From assembly GCA_951406725.2 (NCBI GenBank), contig OX597817.1, forward strand, positions 88,350,001-88,414,000: a DNA stretch of 64,000 nucleotides. The letters are read 5' to 3'. Position 1 is the first letter of the stretch, and each line of letters opens with the position of its first letter. Positions 21,950-35,575 of this stretch are shown in pieces. The notes beneath the pieces were generated by a model that ran no database searches, had not been told where the DNA came from, and worked only from the letters and a program-made list of their open reading frames with translations. The stretch comes from Octopus vulgaris. Taxonomy: Eukaryota. The translations under genes were made by a program, and so were the position numbers.

Positions 21950-23450
21950 ACTGGAATACCTATGATTCGAATTTCATCAAAATTGGAGATTAAGAATTTT
22001 AATGAGAGTTCTCTCCCCCTTTACACACCCTAACGAAAATTCTTATCATGACATATTTATCCCATACTACTCATCTTTATACCCAGATTCCAAAATCCAA
22101 ATCTTTTAAAACTCATTCAAAGGTTTTTGCACCTGAAAAATGGAAATCATGGAGCTCTAAAACGTTGGAATTAAGGCCCTTATTAAGGGAATCTTAAAGT
22201 CAACCAGAGAAGTTGAATTGTTGGCAATCTTTTTTAACTTGTGTCTTATATCTATTCAAACTTCTTTGAAATTGGAAATATATGAATGTTCATCGGGTTG
22301 GTAAAAGAGAGCAAAGTTACAAGAAACCAAATGACGAAGGAGCACAATAAACAGTCAGCTACTCTACCCTAGTCGTTACTACTTCTTAAAGTAGGATTCC
22401 TCACCATACAGGTGACCAGCACAGCCATAAGATGCATTACAGATCTATAGCAATTAGAAGGGTGTGACCCATCTCAAATAAACATTAACATCTGTGTGAC
22501 GTGAGGGCTAAGGGGAAATGAAAGTGTCACTTCTGGAGTTTGCCTATGATCACTATGCCAATAGGTAACTGAACAGAATAAATTTGCAATCTATAAATCT
22601 CTTTGAATAACCAATCACTTATCTGGAAAGGCTTTGGAATCAAAGTTACCATCTGGGGACTATTTCTGACCCAGTGATAATAAAAAGACTCAAAGGAGGT
22701 CTGCAACCAAATAACTTTACTCAAAATAACAGTTGACAATTTATGCACCACTTTGCAGAAATCACAATCTAAGTATATATCAAAGCAAATTCTTACACTG
22801 TTGTACCATTGAATTACCAATAACACTCATCTTGTATGCTCAGGTGACTCTACAGCTTCCAAGACTACAACTATATTTGTCTTGCTAAGGAAAAAATGAC
22901 TAAATTGTGGGGTTAAGCTACCATTAAGGGGTCTAACTAACTCCTAAGAAGTTGAAATTTTAGGAATATTACTTCATTTGTGTCTAATATCTATGGTTAA
23001 TATTTTATCAACAGCAAAAATATATGAATTTTCATGGAGCTTATGGTCTCATTTATTCCCCCTCACTTTCAAACATATACTGCATAGAATATAATTTCCA
23101 AATTTCATAAAGATCCATTTAGTACTTTTGATCTAGTTTTGGATCATACAAAATGACTAAAATCTGGGAGTTAAGGCCCCCATTAGGGGGTCTTAGAATC
23201 CTCATGAGAAGTGGAAACTTTGGGAATACTTCTTGATGTGTGTCAATTATCTATGGTTGAAATTTCATCAACATCAGAAATTTATGAATTTTCATTGGGG
23301 GGGGGGGGGTCTGCCCCCTTTAAGCCACCTCAAATTCAAACCAAGCATACTGCATTATACCTGCCCTTATGCATTAAATCTAAGTCCCAAATATCATAAG
23401 GATTCATTCAGTAATTTTGGTCCATTTTGGTAATTTTTATATAATAGATA
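21950..23450. mobile_element. Helentron/HINE-like rolling-circle remnants with related tandem modules
   Basis: Repeated module ttaaggccc..attaaggg..gaagttgaa..atctatggtt..tttcatcaa at about 22170, 22910 and 23170. Terminus ttttatataatagat at about 23450. Confidence 0.4.
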
Positions 23451-23529
23451 TATGCACATATACATACATATATATATATACACAGAAAGCTAGATTGATA
23501 GATACAATTGAGTGGGTAAGCAAAGACAT

Positions 23530-23825
23530 GAGACACTGCCTTGAAGAATTTTTTGTTGAATGAATCGACCCCCAGTGCTTTTTTTATTTTATTTTGATAA
23601 GCCTGGTACTTATTCTATCGATCTTTTCTTGTCAAACCAGTAAGTTATGGGGGTGTAAATAAACCAACACCGGTTGTCAAGCAGTGATAAGAGAGAAACA
23701 CAGACACTTACATATATACATATATATATACAATGGATTTCTTTCAGTTTCTTTCTACCAAATCCACCCACAAGGATTTTGTTGGTCTGAGGCTATGGCA
23801 GAAGACACATGCCAAGTTACCACAC
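23530..23825 (-). mobile_element. tRNA-derived SINE fragment
   Basis: Same family as 5283-5675. Confidence 0.7.
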
Positions 23826-23839
23826 TTGTATGTATATAG

Positions 23840-23885
<46 letters not shown>

Positions 23886-24689
23886 GTATAAATATATGTA
23901 TGCATGTATATATGTGTATATATATGTGTACATATTACATATACATCTATATGTATATATATATATATATACACACACACATAATATATATATATATATG
24001 TAATGTATGTACGTATGTATGTATGTATGCATGTATGTATGCATGTATATATGTGAGATAATAGTCTCACTTTAATAGTTTCAGTATTAATAGTGAAACT
24101 ATTGCACCGAAAGTATTATCTCACATTACAATAGAGATGTTATTGTTTCACTTTCAACATGTAATACTGAAATACCGTTAGAGATAAGAGATTGCTCCAG
24201 GCTCACATTAAGCAAGAAGTTGAAAATTTTTCTGGCCCATGACACTGCATGGACCCTAAGTAAGACAAGTGTAAAATTTGAATGAAATTGGTTGGGTAGT
24301 TCTCGAGTTTTAGTGATGCACACAGACAGACATTCTCAGTTTTATATATATTGATAGACCAATTTGTTTAGAGGAAATGAGCTGATAAGAAATAACTGGT
24401 TCTCACTAACTCAGCAGCCTGGAGATGAAACTCCAGGGTACAATTTTGCAACCTGTCCTTGTTCATTCATTTAACATCAATTTTTCCATGCTAGTATCGA
24501 TTTGGATAGAGTCATTTGAAATAGAATTTTATGGCAAGATACTCTTTCAATCACTAACCTTTACCTGTTTTTCAGCACTTAATGTCAACAAGGGATGTCA
24601 ACATCAGCACCACATTGTACAAATAATAACAAGTGTGAAATATAAACAACACATGCACACATGCATATACTCGCTCCCATACAAATGCT

Positions 24690-25090
24690 AAAAGTCAACT
24701 CATGACTGGTTGAGACCGTTTCCTAAACTCAATAATGCCATGCAAATATTCTGAGTCCAAGAAGTTCCTGTGCACGAATTTGTCTTGAGTGGATAAATTG
24801 TTGCACAGCACTGACCCCACTTTTCAGAACAATCATGTATAACATCAGTGTTACAACCAAGGTTGAGACAACCAAAGACCAACTGAACTTCGGGGTCTTT
24901 TTATATGAGTTTATCTTCCTCTAGACAGAAGTCTTGCATTTGATACTAAACTGCATCTGGCAGTGGGATCCTGGTATGAGAGTTCTTGAGTTTGGAGGAG
25001 TGTGGAACCATCTCTTAGTCACTCTTGTTCTCAGGTCTACTCTGACCCAGAGTAGTAGCACCTGTTAGGGTCCCAGCTATGGGTTAGCAA
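24690..25090 (-). mobile_element. RTE-like LINE 5' region remnant
   Basis: Minus strand reads LRIFAWHY.SLG, resembling the APE start LRIATWNV.SL, downstream of an RTE-type 5' UTR. Similar remnants occur at 39550-39870 and 42900-43400. Confidence 0.4.
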
Positions 25091-25188
25091 GTATGTGAAC
25101 CACTGGGATTAAAGGACCCTAGTTCTTGTTAAAACTTCCTGCTAGGAGAAAGTAAACTTGTATACATACAAGTTTATATACATATATA

Positions 25189-25390
25189 TGAGGGGATGCT
25201 GGAAAGTAAATAAAAAAAATATAGGAGGATCAGTTATGATTTTATTCAATATATTCTCCTCTCAGATTCACACACTTATTGCAGTAGTCCTTCAGTTTTT
25301 CTTAGCCCTGTAAAAGAAGTCAGAATGTTGAACCTCCAACCAGGCCTTTCACGATACCCTTAAAGCTAGGAAATTTTCAGCAACCCCTCA
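25189..25390. mobile_element. mariner-type MITE (TA flanks)
   Basis: tatgaggggatgctggaaagt ... aattttcagcaacccctcata. Reverse-oriented sister at 29123-29315. Confidence 0.7.
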
Positions 25391-25994
25391 TATATACATA
25401 CATCCCTCTACCTCCCCAATTTCAGGCACCACTGGCAATCCCTATGTCCACACTTCAACCTTACTAAAATCCTTAGATATGTTGCCTACTTCTCTTATCC
25501 CCATTACTCCCATCTCCTGCTCCCACACACTCTTGCAACTCCCCCCACTTCTACTAGTCTTGTACTTTGAGATGCTACGTGGACACCTTATCACCTCTAT
25601 TTATCTCTTCACAGCAGTAACTGATTAATTTCTCATTCTTTCCTAAATGTTTTTAATCTCTCAGTTCAAATTAGGTCTTACAAAAACCACATGGAAAATG
25701 CCCCTCACAGAAACATCTTTCAGCAGTCATTTGATTTCTAGTCTTCCCACTACAGCAAAAGATTTCTATCTATTCTAGCACACTTAAGCCTCTCAAAACC
25801 TAGCATGAAGCTACCTCCCTCTCAGTCAAGGGATTTTCTTTGTCTTGCAAGTTATTTAGTGACCCCACTAGTGTCAGTGTCATGAAAAAAGCACCAATAC
25901 ATTGTGTAATGTGGGGTCTGTGGTGGTTGTTTGAACTAAATATAACTGGTTATTTATAATAAATATCTTTTTGTAGGTTGTATAATATATAAGA

Positions 25995-27651
25995 CTAGCA
26001 GTATCGCCCGGCGTTGCTTGGGTTTGTTTCGACCCGCTGGAATTGTAATTTTGAAAAGTAAAAATTTTGTGAACATTTTTCTGGTCGAAATACACCGAAA
26101 AGTGGCGACACAGCAGTGAAAAAATCGTAAAAAATAGGGATTTTCATAGAAAAAAGCATCTTTTTGATGTAAATAATTTTTGGTGTTAACATGGTCCGAT
26201 TTGAATTTTATGTTCTACGGAAGGAAGAGCAACCCTTCTTCTACCATACTCTCAATTTTGGTCAACTTGCACCGCAGGGTCTCGGAGGAGATAGTGTTAG
26301 TTGAAGGTTACCATTCTAGGTGCCTGAGTAACAACCTCGCGGATTTACAGATAAATGAATTAATTACTATTTTACAGAATAAAATTAAATAATTCTTGAA
26401 AATTAATTAATATTAATATTTTTTGAACAAAGTAAATAATTTTTAAAACTTAAATAATAATTTTTTTACACAAACGCGAACGGGGAAAAGGGGTGGCGAA
26501 TTCGATTTACATACCTAAATTTTTTCTTTTTCATGACATTGTAGCAAAATAGTAGTGAATTATATAAATACCAGCAGTACATTTTTTTTTCTGGGGTATT
26601 TTTTTCAACCTCGTCACATATTTGCCCCTTTCAATTTAAACAAAGTCTTAATTAAGCAATTACGGCAGCTTAGCAATGGTTTCAATACAGGCGTGACATC
26701 TGTATCTCAATTGTTCAAAACCCTTCGAATTTTTTCGCACGTGATGAAATCATAGTGAAAACTTTCAATTACGCGCGCTTAGAAGTACGCTCGCAAATTA
26801 ATACTACCAAAATTTTGAAGTTCGCGCTCCGCTTGTGTGTGTGTGTGTGTGTGCGTGCTTTAGGTGTACATAGGTATGTGTTTTTGTGTGTGTGTGTCAC
26901 TGAAGCCATACATACATATATACATACATAACCTCTCTCTCTCTTTTCTCTCTCAGTCACTCACTACAAAAAGTGAATAAAAAAAGTTCAGTTATTTCTG
27001 TCTTTCACTCTGTCTGTCTCTTTACACACACTAACAAAAGCACTTCACTTACACACCACACTTTCTGTGTCGCACAACCCATCAAACACACACACACACA
27101 CACACTCACGCACGCACACATGTACATCAATACTTTCGGAGTGAAATGTTAAAATATTGAGTTTTCTCGAAATTTTGTCTTAATTGGGGGTGAAATTGAA
27201 AGAAATATATTATGGCATGACCGAATGGAGTACTTTGAAAAATCTTAGGTAAACTCTAATTGAAGAAATTGTGTGAGGAGTAAATCGTTATGTATTTATT
27301 TGTTTCTGTTTGCTGTGTTTTTTTATTTTTTGAGTAGTGGTTTAAATACTTTCAGTTTAGTCTTCCTCAAATCACTCTGTCGCTATTTACTTTCATTTTA
27401 TTCGTTGCACACTGTGCGTGTGCGTGTGGTGTAAACCACATTAAGAAAAGCATTTGACATACACACCAGAATGTGAGTTTTCTGTAAATTTTGCTTAATT
27501 GGAGTTTAAATTTTAAAAACTGGACCTGGCATGACCCGATGCATTCTACTCTTAAAAATGCTAGGTAAATTGTAATTGAAGAAATCCTATATTGTAGATT
27601 TCTATAAGTTACAAAGGGAGGCAGATAAAATCTGCCTTTTATAATAAGAGA
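25995..27651 (-). mobile_element. Non-autonomous Helitron, complete ends
   Basis: Minus strand A|TCTCTTATTATAAAAGG ... cccaagcaacgccgggcgatactgCTAG|T: 5' TC, 3' hairpin plus CTAG, A|T target. CpG-rich. Internal duplicated module at about 27160-27270 / 27475-27590. Confidence 0.9.
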
Positions 27652-28589
27652 TCATAAATAAATAAGTAGTTTAATTTTTATGTATAATTATAAGATCTTG
27701 AGTATAAATATATAAATTATATACTTGTTTGTTTAAAGATACTTGTTAATAATATACTTTTTTTTATAAATATATTTTCATTGTATTAATGATTAAAATT
27801 AATATGAAGTATTATTTTTATTGTTAAAATTAATTACAATTGATTTGCTGTACACCATTTTAGATAATTAAGTAAATACTAGTTGAAGGAAGGGGATCTA
27901 ACCACAGAAACCATTCCAAAAGAGATATTGGAGTTTGGCACAGTCCTCCAACTCACAGAATCCTGTCAGACCATCCAACCCATGCCAGTATGTAAAGCAG
28001 ATGTTGAATAATGACAATGGATGCACTGATTCATCAGCTTTTCTGTTCTTAACTTACCTAATTTTGATAAAATTTCTTTCTAAAAATAAAAAATTAGAAT
28101 GTACCTTATTCTTCTGCCAAATTCTAAAAATCTCTAGCAGTCTCATGCAGATGACATTTTAGTTTCACTATTGTCATGTACATTGCATTAGCCAATCAGC
28201 ACTTGGAGAACATAGACTAGTAATCAGTCAGTCACCCAGTTTTGACTGGATCAACAAAATTATTTTAGTTTTAGCTTTGTCACATGTTATTTTAGTGAAT
28301 CAGAAACTAGTGATCTCTTGAGTCAGAAATCTAGTTTTGATCTCTTGGCTCATTTGCTTGACAACCAGACAAATCTCTTTCTAAGAGCAGTAACTATGGC
28401 TAACCTATCTTAATCTCACTAGTTTAGCTAGCACTTTTTGTTTTAGCTTTGACAATATAACTTTGTCCAGTAAGAAACTTGGACTCTATCTCCCCATCTC
28501 CTTTTATGACTGGTTATTGTCTGATCACAGACATTTGACTCTATTGAAAATATCTCTGGACATTTTCTATCATACATTTATCTACATTT

Positions 28590-29028
28590 ACCTTTTACTC
28601 GCTTCAATCATTGAACAGCAACTCTGAAGGGTTTTAGTCAAATGAATCAACCTCAGTACTGATTTTTTTTCTTTCATATAAGCCTGATACTTATTCTATT
28701 AAACTCTTCTGCTGAACTGCTGAGTTGTGGGGATGTAAACAGTTGTTAAGCATTGGTGGGGATCAAACACAAACATACACAAAGACATACACATCTATCT
28801 ATACATATATTATATTTATATACACACACATACATATACACCCACATGCATACATGCAACATACAACAGACTTCTTTCAATTTTCATCTACCAAATCCAC
28901 TCACAAGGCTTTCGTCAGCTCAAGGCTATAATAGAAGACATTTGCCCAAGGTGCCGAACAATGGGACTGAATCTGGAATCATGTAGTTGGGAAGGAAGCT
29001 TCTTACCACACAGCCACACCTGTACCTA
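28590..29028 (-). mobile_element. tRNA-derived SINE
   Basis: Same family as 5283-5675. Confidence 0.72.
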
Positions 29029-29122
29029 AATTGTTTAATTGACTTACCAATATGTATTTTCACAAACACATATTAACTTTGCCTTTATTGATGCAAAATA
29101 AGATTTGCTTTTTTTTTTTTTT

Positions 29123-29315
29123 ATGAGGGGGTACTTAAAAGTTCCTGGCTTTAAGGGTATCACAAAAGGCCTAGTTGGATGCTCAGACTTCTGAATTCTT
29201 TTACAGGACTTAGGAAAACAGACTGAGAGGGGAATATGCTGAAAGAAATTATAATTACCTGACCCTCCTGTATTTTCTTTTACTCAAAGCCAGGAACTTT
29301 TTAGCACTCCCTTGC
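29123..29315. mobile_element. mariner-type MITE
   Basis: tatgagggggtacttaaaagttcctggcttt ... aaagccaggaactttttagcactcccttg. Confidence 0.7.
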
Positions 29316-30101
29316 ACTACAGTTTCAATGCTTTATTTGATATCTGAAATTTGTTCTAATTTAATTTTACAAGTATTTTTAAGCCATATGTTGCATTATT
29401 CTGTGAACAAGATCAGAAAAGATTTACTTTTGTTATCTAAGAAATCAACAGAAAAAATAACAAATTTTTGTTTTTATATCTACAAATATCCTCCAAAACC
29501 TCCTAAAGGTCTAAAAAAAGTGGGGGTGGGGGGCAAAAAAACCAACCAGACTCTCTCCTCATCAATTATAATTAGGAAATTATATAATGATCATAAAGCA
29601 TATAAATATGGCAGTGTCCTAGCATGGCCACAACTCGTGAGCAGAAACTAGTACAATTCAATTCAATTCATATATGTACAAATGTGTTTCTAACCTTGGT
29701 GTATGTGTTCTGCAATTGATGAATAAATAGTTAGTTCAACCTATTTATGTCTCATTCACCTTCAGTACAATAAGAGCTCTGCAAACTAACTCAAACAAAC
29801 TGCTTATAAATCAAGTTTTGTAGATTTCATGATAAGCACATTAAGAAAACTAGGTAATAACTTTATTTTAGTTGGTTTAAAGTTATTGTGGATTTGATCA
29901 TGCCGAGGCATTGTTGATTATTAGTTGGCCTAAGATAGAGGTTAACAGATGCCCTACTTCAGGAAAAATATTGTATTGCAAACAAATATTTCAAAGACCA
30001 CATGATTTTGGAAACTATGAAATAATTCACACACACACACTTATAAATACCCAACTGTATATTCCCACTATGAATACAGAAAAAATTACTGTACAAGCTG
30101 T

Positions 30102-30405
30102 ATCATCATCATTTAATGTCCGTTTTCCATACTGGCATGAGTTGGACAGTTTGACTGAGGTCTGGAGAGCCAGCGGCTGCACCAGGCTCCAATCTGATCT
30201 GGCAATGTTTCTACAGCTGGATGCCCTTCCTAATGCCAACCACTTCAAGAGTGTAGTGGGTGCTTTTTACATGCCACTGGCACAGGAGCCAGTCAGGCAG
30301 GCCTAGCATCAATCACATTTGGATTGTGCTTTTTACGTTCCACTGGCACAGGGGCCAGTCAAGGGGTACTGGTATTGGCCGCATTCAGTTGGTGCTTTTT
30401 ACATG
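30102..30405 (-). mobile_element. RTE 3' end fragment
   Basis: (CAT)n tail and ctacagctggatgcccttcctaatgccaaccac. Confidence 0.75.
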
Positions 30406-30458
30406 CACACACACACACATATATATATATGAACATATATACATATGCATATATGCAT

Positions 30459-30495
<37 letters not shown>

Positions 30496-30499
<4 letters not shown>

Positions 30500-30915
30500 C
30501 AGCTAAGCCCAGTTTCACTCGGTCGGCTTGAATGATGTGACTGTAAAACCTGCTCTGTGTAAGCACTAGACTTGTTTGGGAATGCTTACTTTAAAAAACA
30601 ATTTTAGAATGACATTTTCTGTCAAAACGCTAAAAATAACTGACCAACAAAAAAAAAAAAACAAGATTCAACCAAATCAAAAAAATAAACCCAAATACTA
30701 AGTGAACAAAGATGAACCATCCCACTTCCATTGCACGTGCACACACACACACACACACACATTCACATACCCCCTTTTTACATACACATATATTCACAGA
30801 GTTGAAACGCTGTTTGATTTATTTTTTCAGCGTACAATTTTCATCATCCCACGACCAAGTATGACATCACCCCTTCCTTTCTCATTCATAAACACAAGAG
30901 TATTATTATAGTAGA
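30496..30915 (-). mobile_element. Short non-autonomous Helitron
   Basis: Minus strand A|TCTACTATAATAATAC ... ccgagtgaaactgggcttagctgCTAA|T (hairpin plus degenerate CTAG). Confidence 0.7.
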
Positions 30916-31161
30916 TTATCTCAGTAACCATAGGAGCTATGAAAAAAATACAAAGCCCAGCATCACCACCGGATCATTCTACACATCTGTGTAATTTTTG
31001 CAAAATTCCACCCAGCCATTTGACCGTGAATCCCAAGACAAGAAAGAATCACCCATGTCAAAATTATGTATACATATTATATTTTATATTTTTATATTTT
31101 ATCCAGTTTCTGCTCACGAGCTGTGGCCATGCTGGGGCACACATATGTATATATTCTTATG

Positions 31162-31196
<35 letters not shown>

Positions 31197-31238
31197 ATAT
31201 ATATGTACATGCATATAGATACATTTACATACATGCAC

Positions 31239-31279
<41 letters not shown>

Positions 31280-32607
31280 TATATATATATATAACACCCA
31301 CGTCAATGCATGTATATTGTGTATTTAAATGTATGTGTGTGTGTGTATGTATGTATGTACGTATGTATACGTACAAGCATGTGCGTACCTATGCCTAGAG
31401 CCGGACATAATTTCGTTCCACTTTCAGGACACGTACAGACATGCTTCGACTTGATATCACATTAATGAGTAATTTTTCAGCAGAACAATAAACAAAATGC
31501 AAGGAAAATATCATAAATCCCTAATAGTTTTACAACAATGTTTTACTTTACATTAGACATTTTACAGTTGTGAAATTAAATTATATGTGCAACAGGTGGT
31601 TATTGAATTCATTTCCATTCAACTAAAATTATAAATGGGGTTTAAAAAGTTGTAATTTTTACTTACGTCAAATATTTTGCCTTGCTATGAAGAAATACAG
31701 GATTGACAGGGAAGTAGCTTTTAATTTTTAAATACAATAAGGTAAGCTTTAAAAACCTTAAGAAGTGGAGAACTAATAAAACTACAACGCAAAAGGAATT
31801 TGGACCTACTTATCTGTTCAGTAGTTAATAGTGTGTGTGTGTGGTGTGTAAATAGATACCTATGTTCATAAAAGATTAACCTACCTGTATGTTTATGTGA
31901 AAGAAACGGATATATTTCTTGAAGTGGGTGAGAAAGTAAAACATATTAGATTTGTCTATGTGTGTTTAGCACAGTTTATAGTTTTTCAACTTCAATCCAT
32001 CCCGCCACTAAAAATTACACGCTAAAACAGTGAACACCATCGGCTCAAATTGTTTCTTTTATTAAATTTACAATAAGTATTTTAATTATTTAAAACCAGA
32101 GACTGGTGCACTGGTTATAGTTTACTTTACTGCCAAATGTATTGATGCAGAACATTAAAAACTCTGAAAACGATAGATCCTAGCATTTTTTCCGACTCAC
32201 TTCAAAAACTGAATCAAACCTGAGAAAGGACCTAACACGGCTCACCGCTTCAATGTATCTTTTGGAGACCGTCATGTGTTTGTGTTTATAGTGTGATATA
32301 TGTATTTGTTAATGTGGGAGTAATTTGTGATGTGGTGTATAGTAGTGGGTGTGCGTTTTATGTATTTGTGATGTATGTTGTTATTTAATGCGTGGTTTAG
32401 GAGCTCAGTTCTTATCTATGTATGCTTGCCTTGCTGTCAATAAATAAATATAAGGCCTAGTACACTGATTTGCCCGGGGGCATACAATATTACCCTGGTG
32501 ATGTAGCTTCGGTTTATGGTGTGACGTATGTACTATGGTATGTATTGGATATAAGTGTAATGTAGCATAATATAGTATATAAGTGTAATGTAATGTGGTG
32601 TATATAT

Positions 32608-32790
32608 TGCTTTCAAATTTTGGGGGAGGGTAAGTCGAGTAAATACTTGACTGGTAATTATATTATCGACCCCGAAAGGATAAAAGGAAAAATCAACCTC
32701 GGCGGAATTTGAACCTAGAACGTTAACACGGACGAAATGCCGCTAATTATTTTGCGAGGCGTGTTAACGATTCCGCCAGCTCGCCCCTTG
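32608..32790 (-). mobile_element. CORE-like SINE fragment
   Basis: tcgaccccgaaaggataaaagg..tcaacctcggcggaatttgaac. The family also occurs at 35205-35575, 39950-40080, 47290-47500, 62870-62980 and 63350-63540. Confidence 0.65.
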
Positions 32791-34374
32791 AACTGCTGTA
32801 TTTATTGCGTGATGTGGTGTGGTGTCTATCTTTGATGTAGGTGTTACATAAACATACACGTGTATTTGTAGTTCGAAGAACTTGTTGGATTAGCAAATTA
32901 AGATCTTTGTGGTTTGGTTACTAATAAAATAAAAGTTAAATTCTCAAAACTGAAAAACCAACTAACTGCCGTGTGTTTCTCTGAAAATGGGTAATCAACA
33001 ACTTGAGAGGAAAAAACAACAACAAAGAAATAACTATTTTATATACAAATAAAGAAAGTGTTTTTAGATCGACTAACCTTGAATTTAAGGCCAGAAATTT
33101 CAGAAGTATTTCACTAATGTGATTTTATCAAAAAAAATCCACAAGAAAGATGAAGGTATTAAAAACAAGGAAGTAATGATTGGAGTGTGTATACGTGGGT
33201 TGTTTTTCGAAAGTAAATAAACTAATATTGAATAGATTTCTTTTACAGTGGTGACGAAAATAAAGTCATGGAAAAAAGTCACAAATTTGACCAGGTATAT
33301 GTTACAGGAAACGTTATATTTAAAGAGCATACAATCTAGGTGAAAACAATTAAATAGTATTTTAAGTCACTTAAGAAGTGACAATACATAGTTAGTATTC
33401 AATGACAAAGATTTATTATAAGCCTATACATAACATGACAAAAAATTTGCTTTATTCAACATCTCCATTTAAAGAATGAAACAGCAAAACAAACATTAAA
33501 TAAGTTACTCATGAAAGTTTCCTGTGCTTTTTATTTCTGATTTTTCCCTGTGACTTTTCGTACATTAAAAAAATTATCAGGAAACAAAGTATTTACCTAA
33601 CTTTTGTAATAAATATATAATATGGCTCATTAATCATTCACGTTTTCTCTCCACGTTCACTCTGTATTATTTGAGAGATTTTAGAATTAGTTGAATATGG
33701 CTGAATGGAAATTACCTGGGGTAGAGAGTCACATATTAAAAACAACTGTGGCAGATTGTCACATACGTTACACAGAGAAGTGAAAAACAGGTTGAGATTA
33801 TCTAGGAAGTTAGAGAAAAACACTCACTAAACATTTCCGAGTTGGAAAACAATAAGTAAGGGAAGTAACTCCAATTAGTTCAGTTGATCGAAATTCATAG
33901 AAAATATGGAGAATGGGAATTGGAAGATCTGGTTTCTAAATCCAAATGGAGAAAGCAATGGATATGTTCGGTCTTATTAAACCCTCCTCTGTGAAGAATA
34001 TTCTACACAGTTGATAAGACTAAGAGTGATGTAGAGATACTGTTAAACATATCAACTATATGACTGGGGAAAATACGTTTGGGGATGTGTTCAGCATATC
34101 AAATACAAATGTAGTAGAGCCTAATACAGTAATGACAAACCTTTTTAGACCAATGTTTCAAAATATTATTTTATTTTATTTTTAATAATGCATTCATAAG
34201 AGTGTCTCTAAATAAAAACAAAATTGTATTCAAAATATGAACAGAAATATATTTTACAAAAGAAAGACAAAGAAAAAAGACAAAAGAAGGGAGAAAGAAA
34301 AGAAAGAAAAACATCAATGCTGCACCAAGTGCTTCAATTGGTCGGTTGCATACCACAAGGTTCAACAGAACCTA

Positions 34375-34572
34375 TCGAAGCAAGCTAGCACACCCACAGA
34401 GTTACCATGAGTGATGGTGAGGATAAGGTGTTGGAAAGCCAAGAACCCTCACAGGCATCACTTTAGTGAAGCAAGCTGCCAACAATGACAAGAACTTCGC
34501 TGTTAGTGGCCCAGTCCCTCCAAACATCTCAAACGCCATAGGTTGGAAGAGATAGTTCACTGTCAGATCCCG
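34375..34572 (-). mobile_element. CRE-clade (REL-endonuclease) non-LTR retrotransposon C-terminal remnant
   Basis: RDLTVNYLFQPMAFEMFGGTGPLTAKFLSLLA..EGSWL..HL..TITHGNSVGVLA matches the CRE-type terminus Y.F.P.A.ET.G..GP....FL..L....E..WL.QR.S....RGN. Confidence 0.65.
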
Positions 34573-35204
34573 ATTGCATCTACATAACTAGTTTATTTCA
34601 TATGTCTAATGATAGATATAGCAGAAATCATTGAGCAAGCTTTGATGTCAATTTTGGACATGGTCTTGTAATAACAAAATATTTTCTTTACTGAATGCAT
34701 CCTCTGCTAACTACCAAAGCCACAGAAGTTGTTAAATAGTATCTTTCTCACTCAAATAATTACAGTCATGATACCAGATCAATATCATTCTTTGCTTTTG
34801 AAGTAAGCTTTGCAATAAAATATCCTAATGGTCACAAACTTACAACTTATGCTATGGTCTGACACCAAGACTATTTTTTTCCTTCTTATCTAGCATTCCT
34901 TGTATTTCTTTTCAGTGTGAATATCTTCTCAATATCAGGAAATGATGGATAACACATTTTATAACAAGAACAATTCTTAAGTGCACTTTTTAAGCACTTG
35001 GTCTAACTTTATTTTTTCCTTCACAGCATACACTTGGGACTTTTTTAATGTGAATAACTTTCAAAATATATTGAAAGGATGAACATCATTTGGTCACACA
35101 AGAAGAACAAAATAATGAGCTCTTGATATGTTTTCTTGCAGCCCTTTTTTTCTGACATCGTGTTGAAAGTAGACAGACACTTTTTTTAATACAATATGTG
35201 AGGT

Positions 35205-35575
35205 TGTTAAGGCAGTGAGCTGGCAGAAATGTTGGCCTACCAGGCAAAGTGCTTAGTGGTATTTTGTCTGTCATTACATTCTGAGTTCAAATTCCGCTGA
35301 GGTTTGCCTTTCATTTTTTTGGGGTCGATAAATTAAGTACCAGTTGCGTACTGGGGTTGATCTAATCGACTGGCCCCTCCCCCAAAATTTCAATCCTTGT
35401 GCCTAGAGTAGAAAAGATTACGTTCTGAGTTCATATTCCGCCAAGGTCAACTTTGCCTTTCATCCTTTCGGGTCGATAAATTAAGTACCAGTTGCATACT
35501 GGGGTCAATCTAATTGACTGACCCCCCCACCAAAAAAAAAAAAAATTTCATGCCTTGAGCCTAGAGTAGAAAAGT
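35205..35575 (+). mobile_element. CORE-like SINE with internal tandem duplication
   Basis: Two copies of ttac(a/g)ttctgagttca..gataaattaagtaccagttg..gcctagagtagaaaag (35273-35417 and 35418-35575). Confidence 0.72.

Noticed and set aside
33640-34170. Purine-rich unique sequence with ATGGCTGAATGG as a coding exon
   Set aside because: Frames close within about 30 codons and no consistent splice sites were found.
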